Position numbers and translations under genes: made by a program
Origin: Octopus sinensis
Taxonomy: Eukaryota
DNA: 64,000 nt
Direction: 5' to 3'
Assembly: GCF_006345805.1 (NCBI RefSeq)
Contig: NC_043005.1
Coordinates: 78,120,001 to 78,184,000 of the forward strand
The notes under the pieces: generated by a model
Told to the model about the DNA's origin: nothing
The model's database searches: none
The model's input: only the letters and a program-made list of their open reading frames with translations
Part shown: positions 1 to 12,730 of the stretch, piece by piece
Layout: each line of letters opens with the position of its first letter
How positions within the stretch are numbered: the first letter of the stretch is position 1

Positions 1-923
1 TGCACCCTCCGTAACTTACCGGTTCGAGAAAAGGTACCAACAGAATATGTACCAGACATGTAAAAAGTAAGTACTGGTGTCGATTTGTTTTAAAGGTCTA
101 AAACCCTTCGGGGCAGCACGCCAGCTGTCTCCGTCGTTGCTCTAATTTCATGATGCTATATTAAGTTGTTTTTAGTTTCATTTTAATTGCTTCGAGATAC
201 AGTAAAAACAATAAAACTACATCACAATGTATTTAGTGTTGAATGTAAAATGGCTTCTACTGTTCTGTTCGTTGAAAAATATATATTGCAACATAAACAG
301 AACGTTTGAAATCGTTGGCTGTTTATTCTTTTATTTTGCGCTGTCATTGATGTGCAATGATTTTATTATAGATGAAGAGCTTAGCTTTATTACTGCCAAG
401 GAAGTTTAGAGACAGATAACAAAGACGAGTAGGCAATTTTGAAAACAAATATCTATTTTCAGATATCGTTTCATATGTTTTGGTTATACATTATATGACA
501 AATTTCGTATTAGTATACAAGTGGCAGATACGGCTGTGTGGATAAGAAGCTCAATTATTAGCCATATAGATTCGGTTGGATTCAGTCTCACTGTACAGCG
601 CATTGGGTTTCTTCTACTATAGCACACCGGGCCCGACCGACGCCTTATTGGTGAATTTCATAGACAGAAAAATAAAACTGCGTAAAAGCTCGTCATATAC
701 GTACATACATACTACGTACATGCACACACATACACACACACACGCATATATATATATACATATACTTATAGACAGATCTCTCTCTCTCTCTCTCTCTCTC
801 TCCCCTCTCTCTCTCTCTTTCTGAAACGACAGAGAAAATTAAAGAGGTGGGAGAAAATTATTATATACGGCTACATATTGTGATGAAGTAAATCTACCAA
901 CAAGGATACGGATCACCGAAGCT

Positions 924-1143
924 GGCGAGTTGGCAGAATAGATAGCACGCCGGACAAAATGCTTAGCGGCATTTCGTCTGTATTTACGTTCTAAGTTCAA
1001 ATTCCACCGAGGTCGACTTTACCTTTCATCCTTTCGGGGTCGATAAATTAAGTACTAGTGAATCACTAGAGTCGATGTCATCGACTGGTCCCCTCCCCCG
1101 CCAAAAAATTTGTGGCATTGTGCCTTTAGTAGAAAGGATTATT
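924..1143 (+). mobile_element. tRNA-derived SINE, family A (head GGCGAGCTGGCAGAA..., central GTCGACTTTGCCTTTCATCCTTTCGGGGTCGAT)
   Basis: Matches the copies at 12494, 16065, 33386, 33615, 60336 and 60795; A-box/B-box-like head (GAGTTCAAATTCC). Confidence 0.8.
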
Positions 1144-1426
1144 AAAGGTCGCCGGTCCCCAGAAACAGCACTTGGACTTATAATAACTTCTTTACCACCC
1201 CCTTTAATTTTCTCTTTTCTTTGTTGTCTGTGTAATATAAATACCTATATATTTATACATAAAATTTTAATCACCTGAAAGTTTCCACCTTTCGCTGTTT
1301 CTCGTTTTGCATGTATACATATTTACCTATTTTGTATTCGGTGTATTTAAATATACTTGATATATTTGACGTGTCTAAATTCTTTATCTGCATAATTGCC
1401 TTTATACCCGCTCAACATGATCCCTT

Positions 1427-1667
1427 GAAGAGCTTACTTTCAAAACCGGTTTATGTGCATATGTGGTGGATTTCATGATGACCCAATCTGGAAGCTGTTG
1501 GCTTCATGCACATGAATTTTTTCTCAGTCAAACTGGAATAGATGCCATATGGACAGTAGGAGAATGTTAATCTTCCAATCAAAATTAGATATATTCAAGC
1601 TGTTGTTTTAAACAATTACTCAAAAGCCATTCTGATGCATATATCTGGTTTTGAAAGTAAGCTCTTC
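1427..1667. mobile_element. MITE-like element with ~34-bp imperfect terminal inverted repeats
   Basis: GAAGAGCTTACTTTCAAAACCGGTTTATGTGCAT at 1427 vs ATGCATATATCTGGTTTTGAAAGTAAGCTCTTC ending at 1667. Confidence 0.5.
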
Positions 1668-1863
1668 TGGGAGCCTTTCTCTAACTTGTAGGTTGATCTA
1701 TAAAGATACCGGAGTCGAAGTTTGAATCTTTCTATACTGAGAATCTCTAGAGCTCATCTGTGAACAACTATATGTGTGTATGTGCGCGCGCGTGTGTGTG
1801 TTTGGCTTCCATCACAGCATGACAACCGGTGTGGTTTTCTTAAGTCCACGTAAGTCAGTTGTG

Positions 1864-2190
1864 TGGAGGCACATGGCATACTGGTTAGAACAGTGACTCG
1901 CGGTCGAGGGATCGCCGGTTCCAATCTCAGACCGGGCGATGTATGTGTTTATGAGTGAAACACTTAAGCTTCAGCAGAAGGCAATGGCGAACTTCTCCCA
2001 CAACTTTCTTTCACGCTTTCCACCTGCATCTAGCATCTCACCTGCGGCGGACCAGCGTCCCGTCCAGGTGGGGAACCTATACCCCAATGAAACCGGGGAA
2101 CCAGCCCTTATGAACCAGGCATGGCTCGAGAACAAGCAAACAACAACTACTGGGCGGTTCGCCAAAAGAAAGCTAAGAAATATGTACTAA
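1864..2190 (+). mobile_element. tRNA-derived SINE, family C (GAGGCGCAATGG...CCCAGACCGGGCG head), diverged
   Basis: Head similar to the copies at 8548 and 17545-17810. Confidence 0.6.
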
Positions 2191-2291
2191 GCTTCAAAAA
2201 TATCTACTTAGATCCATTTGTTCGACAAAACCCTTTAAGGCGGTGCTCCAGCATGGTTGAAGTTCAATGATTGAAAGAACTAAAAGCAGGC

Positions 2292-2365
<74 letters not shown>

Positions 2366-2464
2366 ATGTGTGTGTGTGTGTGTGCGTGTTTGTAAGAATA
2401 TATATATATGTATGTACATATAAATATATATTATGTATATGTATATATGTATATATGCACAAAC

Positions 2465-2665
2465 ACAGACACGTGATTGTTGGCAATTTTTGTCCTTTTT
2501 TTTGTCTTGGACTTCCCTGTTCTTCCTGTTTCCAAAGAAGAGCCAAGCTCGAAACTACTACTCTTTTTTCTTCTCTGAGCGTCCTATTACTACATTACTT
2601 GTATCACGTCCAAACGTTCGTTTGTTTCCTTCTTTTTCTTTTTCTCTATGCTTTTTGGAATTGAC
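2465..2665 (+). mobile_element. ~200-bp hammerhead-bearing repeat (family H), degenerate core
   Basis: Aligns to other family H copies; GTTT CCAAAGA A GAGC CAA GCTC GAAAC at 2528-2555. Confidence 0.65.
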
Positions 2666-3356
2666 TATATATTTATATCTAGTCACAATGTCTCTGTTTT
2701 TGCAGTTAAGACCTTATAAACATCATGATGTACATAATCAATGCAGACATTTTAATAAACAACGGCGAGGGAAAAAACTGTATATTTTCAACACACAGCA
2801 GGAAGTATTATTGAAAATAATCTTCTCAGTAAGTCTAAATGTGTTTAAAAATACGTATTATGTCTTATCTGTCTATATATAAATAGGGAAAGAAATGTCT
2901 GTGCATTTGTATATTTGTTGTCTATCTGCCTGCATGTTTATCGGTTTATATCATTATCTGTTTCTGTCTTTATCTGTCCATATATATATATATATATATA
3001 TATATGTTTGTCTGCGTAGGTGTCTGCATCTCTGACTCTTAATCTTTCTCTTTCTGTCTCTGTGTGTGCGTGTGTGCGTGTGTATGTGTATGTGTGTATC
3101 TGTCTGCCTCTCTTTCTCTCTCTCTGCAAATAACATCCATATTCATAAATACATACATACATACATATATATATGTGTGTACAGCATGGTGTATTATAAA
3201 TTCTTATCTGCAAAAACAAAAACAGTGCGATTACACAGACACACACGCATATGCACACACTGTCTCTGTCTCTCCCACTCACGCGCCGCGAATATATATG
3301 TATATTACATACATATATAAAATTAGAGATAAAACCACTATTAGTCAAATCAAACA

Positions 3357-3404
<48 letters not shown>

Positions 3405-3445
3405 ATATGTATATGTATGTATGCATATATATATATATGTATACG

Positions 3446-3477
<32 letters not shown>

Positions 3478-4266
3478 AATATATATATACAGGAAGAAGA
3501 GAGAGAAAGAGATTGAAAGAGAGAGACAGCAGATATCCAGGCAAACAGCGAGATACATAGATAGATACACGGAAAGTAAGATATATATACATAGACAAAT
3601 ACACATAGACAGCGCTCAAAAACACATACATACACGCACACATACAAAGGCATACTTAGATATCTATTAGGTATAATACGCATATTTAGTCTTTCTACGG
3701 AGATTATTTCTGATTATAATTGAAGCCAGTGACATGCTGTGTACTGAAATATATGAATTTTATCTCGTTTTTCGATCATTCTAAAGATGTCTGCACAATT
3801 ATGTACATAGTGATGTTTGTGAAAATGTCTGCCCACTATGTACATAACGATCTAAATAAGATAATAGCATCTAAAACACAGACGATATGATTTAGGGTAT
3901 ACCTGTCAAAAACAGACTCGCCTCTGGAGTTTCGTAAACACGATAATCCCTGGTCGTGAATTCGCATTAACTTCAGTTTAAACTTTCTTTATGGCATGAC
4001 TAAATATATTTATATATTAAATCTTCTGAGAGAACCATTTATCAGTGCAGTGCCGCTATTCTCTCGGTCCGCAGTGATTCGGATAAAGTCCGTTATTTAT
4101 TATCAGTCATCAGATGTATTTACCAACGGGTGGGCGATCCTGTAGATTTATATTCAGTGTAGTGGGTGAAAAGTCGATTATTTATATCGATTGGTATTGA
4201 TAATATCGATTCTGGAAGACGCAGATACTGACCGCAAGATTTAAATCTGATTTTACCGTAATACAG

Positions 4267-4373
<107 letters not shown>

Positions 4374-4411
4374 ATCATATATATATATATATATATATAT
4401 ATTTCTAAATG

Positions 4412-4610
4412 TAACCACGTGTGTATCGTTGGCGATTTTTCCTCCGTCTTTCATTCTTTTAGATTTTCCTCTATTTCTGAAGAAGGGCTTTGCTCGAAAC
4501 GTAAAATCTTTCTTTCCTTTCCTGATCGTCTGCTAATACATTACTTGTACCACGTTCTCGCGATGTTGCTTTTTCTTGTTTCTTCTTCTCTGTTTGGATT
4601 CACTATATAT
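4412..4610 (+). mobile_element. ~200-bp hammerhead-bearing repeat (family H)
   Basis: Same sequence family as 5940, 10325, 27240, 42285, 55910 and 62985; ends in (TA)n. Confidence 0.75.
4473..4507 (+). ncRNA. Minimal type I hammerhead ribozyme motif
   Basis: AUUU CUGAAGA A GGGC UUU GCUC GAAAC GUA AAAU: stem I 4 bp, canonical core, stem II 4 bp, stem III reduced to palindromic ACGU. Confidence 0.6.
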
Positions 4611-4856
4611 ATAATATATATGTATTTTCTATGCTGGAGTAAGATCTTTGTCTATCTCCTTAACCTCTTGGAAATTTTAGGTATAATTATACAAAACTGT
4701 CCATCTGTTCTAATTTAATTAAATTCTATGTCTTTGTGCAGCTGACTGCATTTTAAACTGATGTAATGATTGCATTGTTCAATTAAATATAGTTGCATGA
4801 AACGATCGTACTGCATTATCTCTGGATATCCTTGTTGCTTATTTGATATTATAATA

Positions 4857-4908
<52 letters not shown>

Positions 4909-5222
4909 CTAAATGCCCAAATGATGTAATACTAATTCTTCCTTTCTGAAGAAAGTATAGTTAGCTTATATTTTAAACTATGCTCAATAAAATAAGCACC
5001 AGAATATATACATAGATTCTTAACTAATAACAACTCTGCAATTACGTTTAAACTATGAATTACACACTATATGTATAGCGACTTGAAGAATTTTCATTTT
5101 ATTTCATTGACCCTAGTATTTATTTTATATGAGCCTGGTACTTATTCTATCGATCATTTTTGCCGAACCGCTAATTTACGAAGGCGTAAATACACCAGAA
5201 CGGATTGCAATACAGACACATA

Positions 5223-5280
<58 letters not shown>

Positions 5281-5421
5281 CATGCATACATACTACAAGC
5301 TTCTTTATGTTTCCATCTGTCAAATGCACTCACAAGGCTTTGGTCGGCTTGAGGCTATAGAAGAAGATACTTGCCCAAGTTGCCACTCAGTGGGACTGAA
5401 CCCAGAACGCCTATATATACC

Positions 5422-5502
<81 letters not shown>

Positions 5503-5691
5503 GACGGGCTTCTTTCTTTTCCGTCTACGAAATCGACTCATAAGGCTTTGGTCGGGTGAAGGCTATAGTGGAAGACACTTGCCAAGGTACCACTCAGTGA
5601 CGAACCAGGAACCATGTGGTTGGTAAGTAAGCTACTTACCAACACAGCCACTTTCGCGTATATATATATATATTATATATTATATATATAT

Positions 5692-5732
<41 letters not shown>

Positions 5733-5939
5733 AGAGAGAATTAGCAGTTGTTATAACCGACTAAGGGATAAAAAATCCGTTTATATTATCAGTATCCGCT
5801 ACCTGTGTTAACCCCGGGTAATGCTGTGTAGGAGCACCATGTACGTCGTGCACATGTAGCAACAAGATAACAAAAGTATAAGGAACCAATGCAAATAATT
5901 AGTATATATGATATACAATCTGTATATATATATATGTGA

Positions 5940-6111
5940 CCTCGTGAAGACCACTTGCATTTTTTTTCCCTCTGTCCTCCCACCTCGGGATCTTTCTTTC
6001 TCCGATGTTTCCGACGAAGAGCTCCGCTCGAAACGTCATACCCTGAGCGTCCATAATACTTTATTTGTTCCACATCCTCGCGTTGTTGTCTTTGTGTTTT
6101 TGTTTGAATTA

Positions 6112-6118
<7 letters not shown>
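5940..6118 (+). mobile_element. Family H hammerhead-bearing repeat
   Basis: GUUU CCGACGA A GAGC UCC GCUC GAAAC GUC AUAC at 6007-6041 (U4C core variant); 3' end runs into (TA)n. Confidence 0.7.
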
Positions 6119-6153
<35 letters not shown>

Positions 6154-6195
6154 CATACATACATAATATATATAATATATATATATAGATATATC

Positions 6196-6233
<38 letters not shown>

Positions 6234-6834
6234 CATATACATACATATACATATTGCACATATTATATGTTCTAATCTTTGCTACACTTAATTAGTGCAC
6301 AGCCAACATCAAAATCGAACTACAAATACAATATAGCCTAACACAAATGCTATAAAGCTATAAATAAGAACAGCAAAATCCAGGCAACTTGTGATGGTCT
6401 ATGTCAGCAATTAGTGTAGCAAAGTGTTCAAAGAGCGGAATAAATTATATGCTGAGACGAAGAACAGGAAATGTTTCATGCTGAACACTTAGTCATAAAG
6501 GGATGAAATATTTACTGGTGTGGCGGGATAAATACATTAGGATTAATGGTAGTGAGGTGAGAAATATTCTAGCATTAAAGGAGGACAGAGTGGTTGCAAG
6601 CGTTAGTGGGAGATAGAGGCGGGAGGTGAACGTACGAGGAAAATGATATTTGAAAATTTAGAACAAGGGGAGGTAATAAGAATAAAACATGTACACTATG
6701 AACAAATGTGCACATACGAATAGACATCTATATATATATATATACATACATACACCAATATAATACGATATAATATATATATAGATATAGATGTGTATAT
6801 GTCTGTGTCCATGTATGTATTACTGTATACATAC

Positions 6835-6877
<43 letters not shown>

Positions 6878-6904
6878 AACATAAATTTATACACACATAT
6901 ATAT

Positions 6905-7280
6905 TTTCTTTTATTGTTTGACTTGTTTCAGTCATTTGAGTGCGACCACGCTGGAGCACCGACTTTAGTCGAACAGATGACCCCAGGATTTATTCTTTGT
7001 AAGCTTGTTAATTATTGTATCAACAACTTTTGCTGAACCACTAATTTATGGAGACGTAAACACAACAATATCTGTTGTCAAGCGACGGTTGGGGGACAAA
7101 CATAGACACACAGGAACACGAGTGCACACACAGAGTCATGTATGTATATATATATATGTATATATATGTGTGTGTCTGTGTGTGTGTGTCTTCAGTTTCC
7201 GCCTACCAAATCTACTCACACGCAGTGGGATTGAACCCGAACCATGTGGTTGGGAAGCATTCTTCTTACCACACAACCAC
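6905..7280 (-). mobile_element. tRNA-derived SINE, family B, internally deleted
   Basis: Tail TTTCAGTCATTTGA...GCTGGAGCACC and head ACCATGTGGTTGG match the full copies at 31930, 34682 and 38908. Confidence 0.75.
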
Positions 7281-7300
7281 GCCTTCATTTGTATATACGA

Positions 7301-7343
<43 letters not shown>

Positions 7344-8009
7344 GTGTGTGTGTTGTGTGTGCGTGTGTGTGTATGTTATGTATACATGCATGTATGTATG
7401 TGCATGTGTGCACGTTTGTGAACGCAAAAACAGCAACAAGTGTATAGTTTTATTGACAGTGAGTTCGTAGTTTCGCTGAATTGTTGGACTTTCTTCTTAA
7501 TGTGGTTCAATAAGTATACATCTCACAATACTTTCAAGTCTCACTCAATAAAATTACTATCATAAATTTGCTTAACTTTCAGTATATATACACAGTGTAC
7601 AACTGCTAATGTTACGTATGAAGCTTCACGTTAATTACCATCCAATCTGCTTTAAGTATAGTGATTTACTACTAGCATAGTTATTAGTATTATTAGTTAC
7701 GATATACAGAACGAAAGTAGGAAACATTACGCCAAACACAAGTTTATATCATTTGCACCTACGAAAGTTTTATTATATCGATGTTTGAAACTCTGCACTG
7801 AATGTACCAAATGCAGTTTGGTGCATTACTTCCAACGGCTCATCAGCGAAAACATTATTGCATTATAGTTGAAAGAAGTTAGGTGATATATATATATATT
7901 GTGTGTGTGTGTGTGGTATGTCTGTGTATGTATGTATATATACACACACACACTATTATATATATATATATATATAATATATATATATATATATTGTATA
8001 TATATAATG

Positions 8010-8040
<31 letters not shown>

Positions 8041-8140
8041 GTATATATATATGTATATTATATATATATATATATATTATATATATATATATATATAATA
8101 TATATATACATATTATATATATATAATATATATATATATT

Positions 8141-8418
8141 ATATAAAAGGGCTTAGTAAAATAAATTACTTTGCCGCATACTGAACTCATTAGAAATCAG
8201 CTAAAAAACTTTTTTAAGGCTATTTCTAATACTTAAAGAAAATCTCTCTCATATATGTGTTGCATAATTAACCACACTTGTGAGTTAAATTATGCAAACA
8301 CTATATATGAGAGAGATTTTCTTTAAGTATTAGAATAGCCTTAAAAAATTTTTTAGCTGCTATTTCTAATGAGTTCAGTATGCGGCAAAGTAATTTATTT
8401 TACTAAGCCCTTTTATAT
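8141..8418. repeat. Near-spacerless palindrome (~135-bp arms) next to (TA)n
   Basis: ATATAAAAGGGCTTAGTAAAATAAATTACTTTGCCGCATAC... is mirrored by ...GTATGCGGCAAAGTAATTTATTTTACTAAGCCCTTTTATAT; centre ~8278. Confidence 0.85.
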
Positions 8419-8507
8419 ATAATAATATTGAATTCGCCTTGAATGGTCCCTTGGCATACTGAACACTTGGTGAAATTGATTAATAATTAATAATTTTCCC
8501 TCAATTG

Positions 8508-8546
<39 letters not shown>

Positions 8547-8547
8547 T

Positions 8548-8827
8548 GGAGGCGCAATGGCTCAGTGGTCGTATGATCGCGGTTTCGATTCCCAGACCGG
8601 GCGTTGTGAGTGTTTATTGAGCGAAAACACCTAAAGCTCCACGAGCCTCCTTCAGGGCGTGGTGGCGATCCCTGCTGTACTCTTTCGCTACAACTTTCTC
8701 TCACTCTTTCTTCTGTTGGCCTGCTCGCTTAGCCAGTGGGGTGGCGTCATTTGAAGGCTAATACAATGCGAAGCGCATTGTGACCAGCGATGTGTAACAA
8801 CTTCTGATATCCTGGTCGGTCATGGTG

Positions 8828-8830
<3 letters not shown>
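8548..8830 (+). mobile_element. tRNA-derived SINE, family C
   Basis: GAGGCGCAATGGCTCAGTGG...GGTTTCGATTCCCAGACCGGGCG head; reverse copy at 17545-17810. Confidence 0.75.
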
Positions 8831-8858
<28 letters not shown>

Positions 8859-8904
8859 TATAAGTATATTAAATAGTGTACGTTTAAACACAAGAGAAAA
8901 ATGC

Positions 8905-9241
8905 CTTCAACAGGCAGTTTTTACACGCTAGAAGAAGTAGTCAAAAACAACATTTGAGGGCAATCTTCAGAAAGAAGGAAAAATTAAAACGTTTATCTTG
9001 TTATTTCTATTCCCGTCAGACCTAGGTTTCTAAATTTTTTTTAGTAAATTGAAGTCACTGATGAAAATTTTGCCTAGCAAATTATTTTATTTGCTAAAAA
9101 AATTAGAAACCTAGACCTAACCGGAATAAAAATAACAAGGTAAAAGTTTTTGTTTTAGTTTTCATTCCTTTTGAAGATTGCTCTTAAATGTGGTTTTGGT
9201 CGTTATGACTACTTCTAGCGTGTAAAAACTGCCTGTTGAAG
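8905..9241. mobile_element. Old fold-back/MITE with long imperfect inverted arms
   Basis: CTTCAACAGGCAGTTTTTACACGCTAGAAG at both ends in inverted orientation; arms stay alignable for ~140 bp. Confidence 0.7.
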
Positions 9242-9685
9242 TTCAATGATTATATCTATTATATCAATGGTCGTCGCCATAAAGAAACATGCAAAATTTC
9301 AGTATATTAGCACTAACGCATGTCTATGAAGCAAAATCTCTCCTAAACATGAAAATTTAGTAAGATTATCCTTGTCACGACTATTAAAAAGATCACTGTC
9401 ACATATATAAGCACTGGCGGTAAATATCATAACTACTCTGACTTCAATAAAAGTTCTGAATCCAATATCGGATCATTTATAGATCTAGAAATACGACATT
9501 CGATGAACAATCGATTATCAAACTAACGACACACAGTGTAGCTATAACAGATGCTGTAATATATACGCACAAAAAGTTCTGATTAATAAACTGATCGGAA
9601 AATTACAAGCTTATAAATGGTGACTCAATTCAGTCAAATTCGACAATCATTAAACAGCTATTGTCCAAAGAGTAAAACAAACCCA

Positions 9686-9748
<63 letters not shown>

Positions 9749-9898
9749 TCACACACCACACACACACACATACACACACTCATGCATGAACAGACACATG
9801 CATGTATATATAGTTACACACACGTTAATGTCTCTCTTATCTTCTTCCACTCTCACACATACACATATAAATAAACAGATATATATATATATATATAT

Positions 9899-9965
<67 letters not shown>

Positions 9966-9973
9966 TATACATG

Positions 9974-10053
<80 letters not shown>

Positions 10054-10244
10054 TATACATACACGCACATAGGTTCCGGGTTCAGTCCCACTGCGTGGAA
10101 CCTTGAGCAAGTGTTTTCTGCTATAGCTTCGCACCAACTAAAGCCTTGTCAGTGGATTCGGTAGAAGGAAACTGAAAGAAGACCGTCGTATGTATATATA
10201 GTAATAGAAATCATATTTTCTAACCTGTACCTGCCACTACTGGT

Positions 10245-10324
<80 letters not shown>

Positions 10325-10530
10325 GTAAATAAAAAAAACAAGAACAAATGCATAAAACAACAACGCGAGGACGTGGTACATGCAAAATATTAGCAGACGC
10401 TCGGGAAAGGAAAGACAGGTGGTTTTACGTTTCGATCAAAGCCCCTCTTCAGAAACAGGAGACAGAGGAAAGTCCAAAAGAAAAGGAAGACGGATTGGAA
10501 AAAAAATCGCCAACGATTCACAAGTGGTTG
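10325..10530 (-). mobile_element. Family H hammerhead-bearing repeat
   Basis: Minus strand 10422-10456 reads GUUU CUGAAGA G GGGC UUU GAUC GAAAC GUA AAAC. Confidence 0.7.
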
Positions 10531-10544
10531 CATATATATATATT

Positions 10545-10600
<56 letters not shown>

Positions 10601-10916
10601 CGTGTGTGTGTGTGTGTGTGTGTTTGAGTGTAATTGGTCCCGCGTATATACATTGACGTTCGAATCATTTGAGCGCTACATATCACAGCCAAAATGTTCT
10701 TAAATGTTTGAAACTCAAAACAGATGGACGGAGTGTTAGTTGCTTACGTTAGTTCACTTCCACGTGTACATGCATGCATATGGTTCAAAATTGTACACTG
10801 AAAAAAAAAGACACACACAAACACACATATATAATACACAAATAACAAAACAATGGAAACGCGTATCCATCGGTTGTTATTTTATTTATATATATTTATA
10901 TTTTTTGTGCGCGCGC

Positions 10917-10961
<45 letters not shown>

Positions 10962-10967
10962 ATATAT

Positions 10968-11036
<69 letters not shown>

Positions 11037-12210
11037 TAGATAGATAGATATATAGATAGATAGATAGATGATAGATAGATAGATAGATAAGTTTCTTTAT
11101 TGGCCACACAGGGCTGCACACAGATGGGACAAGTTACAAGGTAGAGCTTTTCTTTTGGGGGATGAAGAGAACAAAAAAACAAAAGAAAAAATAAAGGGGG
11201 TGGCGTAGGTTTTCAATCAAGAGGGATCGTAAAAGGGAAGAAAAGAACAAAAACAAAAAAAAAAATTGAATAAAATAAAAAGAATAAAAAGAAAAAAAAA
11301 AGAAAAGATAGATAGATACCTGCTCATTTATCCTTGTTTGACCTAAAATTGAACGCCTGCTATATTTCTGTAAATCAATGTTAAAACCTGTCCGATACCC
11401 TATCGATTAGTAATACTCTTGTTTATATTATTAATGTTTCTTAATTGAATTCCAATATCTCAGATCAAATTTGCTTTAATTGCCTATCATTAATATTACA
11501 AGTGATAAATGGTTTATGTTTACACCAATATATCGGCATTTTCATTAGAACTGTCTTTTACTCTCGAAAACAGTAATTGCGCTACCATCGATCCGGGTAA
11601 TGTAAATTATTTGAAATGATTTATACAGAAAATTAAAAATGATTATTCTAATTAAATGAATCAAGTCTGTTAAATTACAATGTTTATTGTAGAATATATT
11701 ATAAATTAGACAAGTTATTTAGAATTAAAATTTAGTTCAATTGCACTTAATTGCAATTTTTATGTTCTAACGGGAAATGAACGGGAAAATTTGTGTGGAA
11801 CCGTTAATCCCGACACTTTGTTTACTCTGATTGAACAAATTTGTGAACACCTATGATGAGAGGCGTTACAACTTTGATCATCCTGTCCTTTGTTCAGAGT
11901 TCATCTAGAATTGCATAACAAAATTTGATCTCTTTCATTTGAAACGGTAAGGCCGGAACCAAAGGGAAATTTGAGTCCTTCATCCAACTGAGAATGGGTA
12001 TCTTTTCTCGCAGGGATTTAGTAACGTTTAGATGTGAAATGGGGGAAATCACTACCGCTACCACTACAACCACAGCCACAACCTCCACCACAGCTTCCGA
12101 CACCACCACCACTATTATATCTCCATATTACTACCACCTCTCCTAGTACCACTAAAACAACCAGCACACTACCACACCTACCATCACACCAATACCACAC
12201 AAGCTACCAC

Positions 12211-12368
12211 ACTACCACATCCACCAACACTACCACCACTAGCACCACAGCCGCCGCCGCTATACTACCACATCCACCAACACTACCACCACTAGCACCA
12301 CAGCCGCCGCCGCTATACTACCACATCCGCCAACACTACCACCACTAGCACCACAGCCGCCGCCGCTA
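12211..12368. repeat. 53-bp minisatellite, ~3 copies, inside a (CCA)n-rich tract
   Basis: Unit ACTACCACATCCACCAACACTACCACCACTAGCACCACAGCCGCCGCCGCTAT at 12211, 12264 and 12317. Confidence 0.85.
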
Positions 12369-12493
12369 CCACCACCGCTATCAGCATCACCAGCATCAAC
12401 ACCATCACCATGAAACCAAATATTAAACACGATGGCTCTCAAGATCCAGCTGAAATATATGTAGTTCATTTAATTGCTGTAATAAAAGTGTCT

Positions 12494-12730
12494 GAAATAC
12501 TTATTTCTTTACTACCCACAAGGGGCTAAACACAGAGGGGGACAAACAAGGACAGACAGACGGATTAAGTCGATTATATCGACCCCAGTGCGTAACTGGT
12601 ACTTAATTAATCGACCCCGAAAGGATGAAAGGCAAAGTCGACCTCGGCGAAAATTGAACTCACAACGTAACGGCAGACGAAATACCGCTCGGCATTTCGC
12701 CCGACGTGCTAACGATTCTGCCTGCTCGCA
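12494..12730 (-). mobile_element. SINE family A, full length
   Basis: Reverse complement of the copies at 16065 and 60336. Confidence 0.85.

Noticed and set aside
7800-7860. Minus-strand CUGAUGAG CC GUU GG motif
   Set aside because: No GAAA or stem I complement follows; at most a decayed hammerhead
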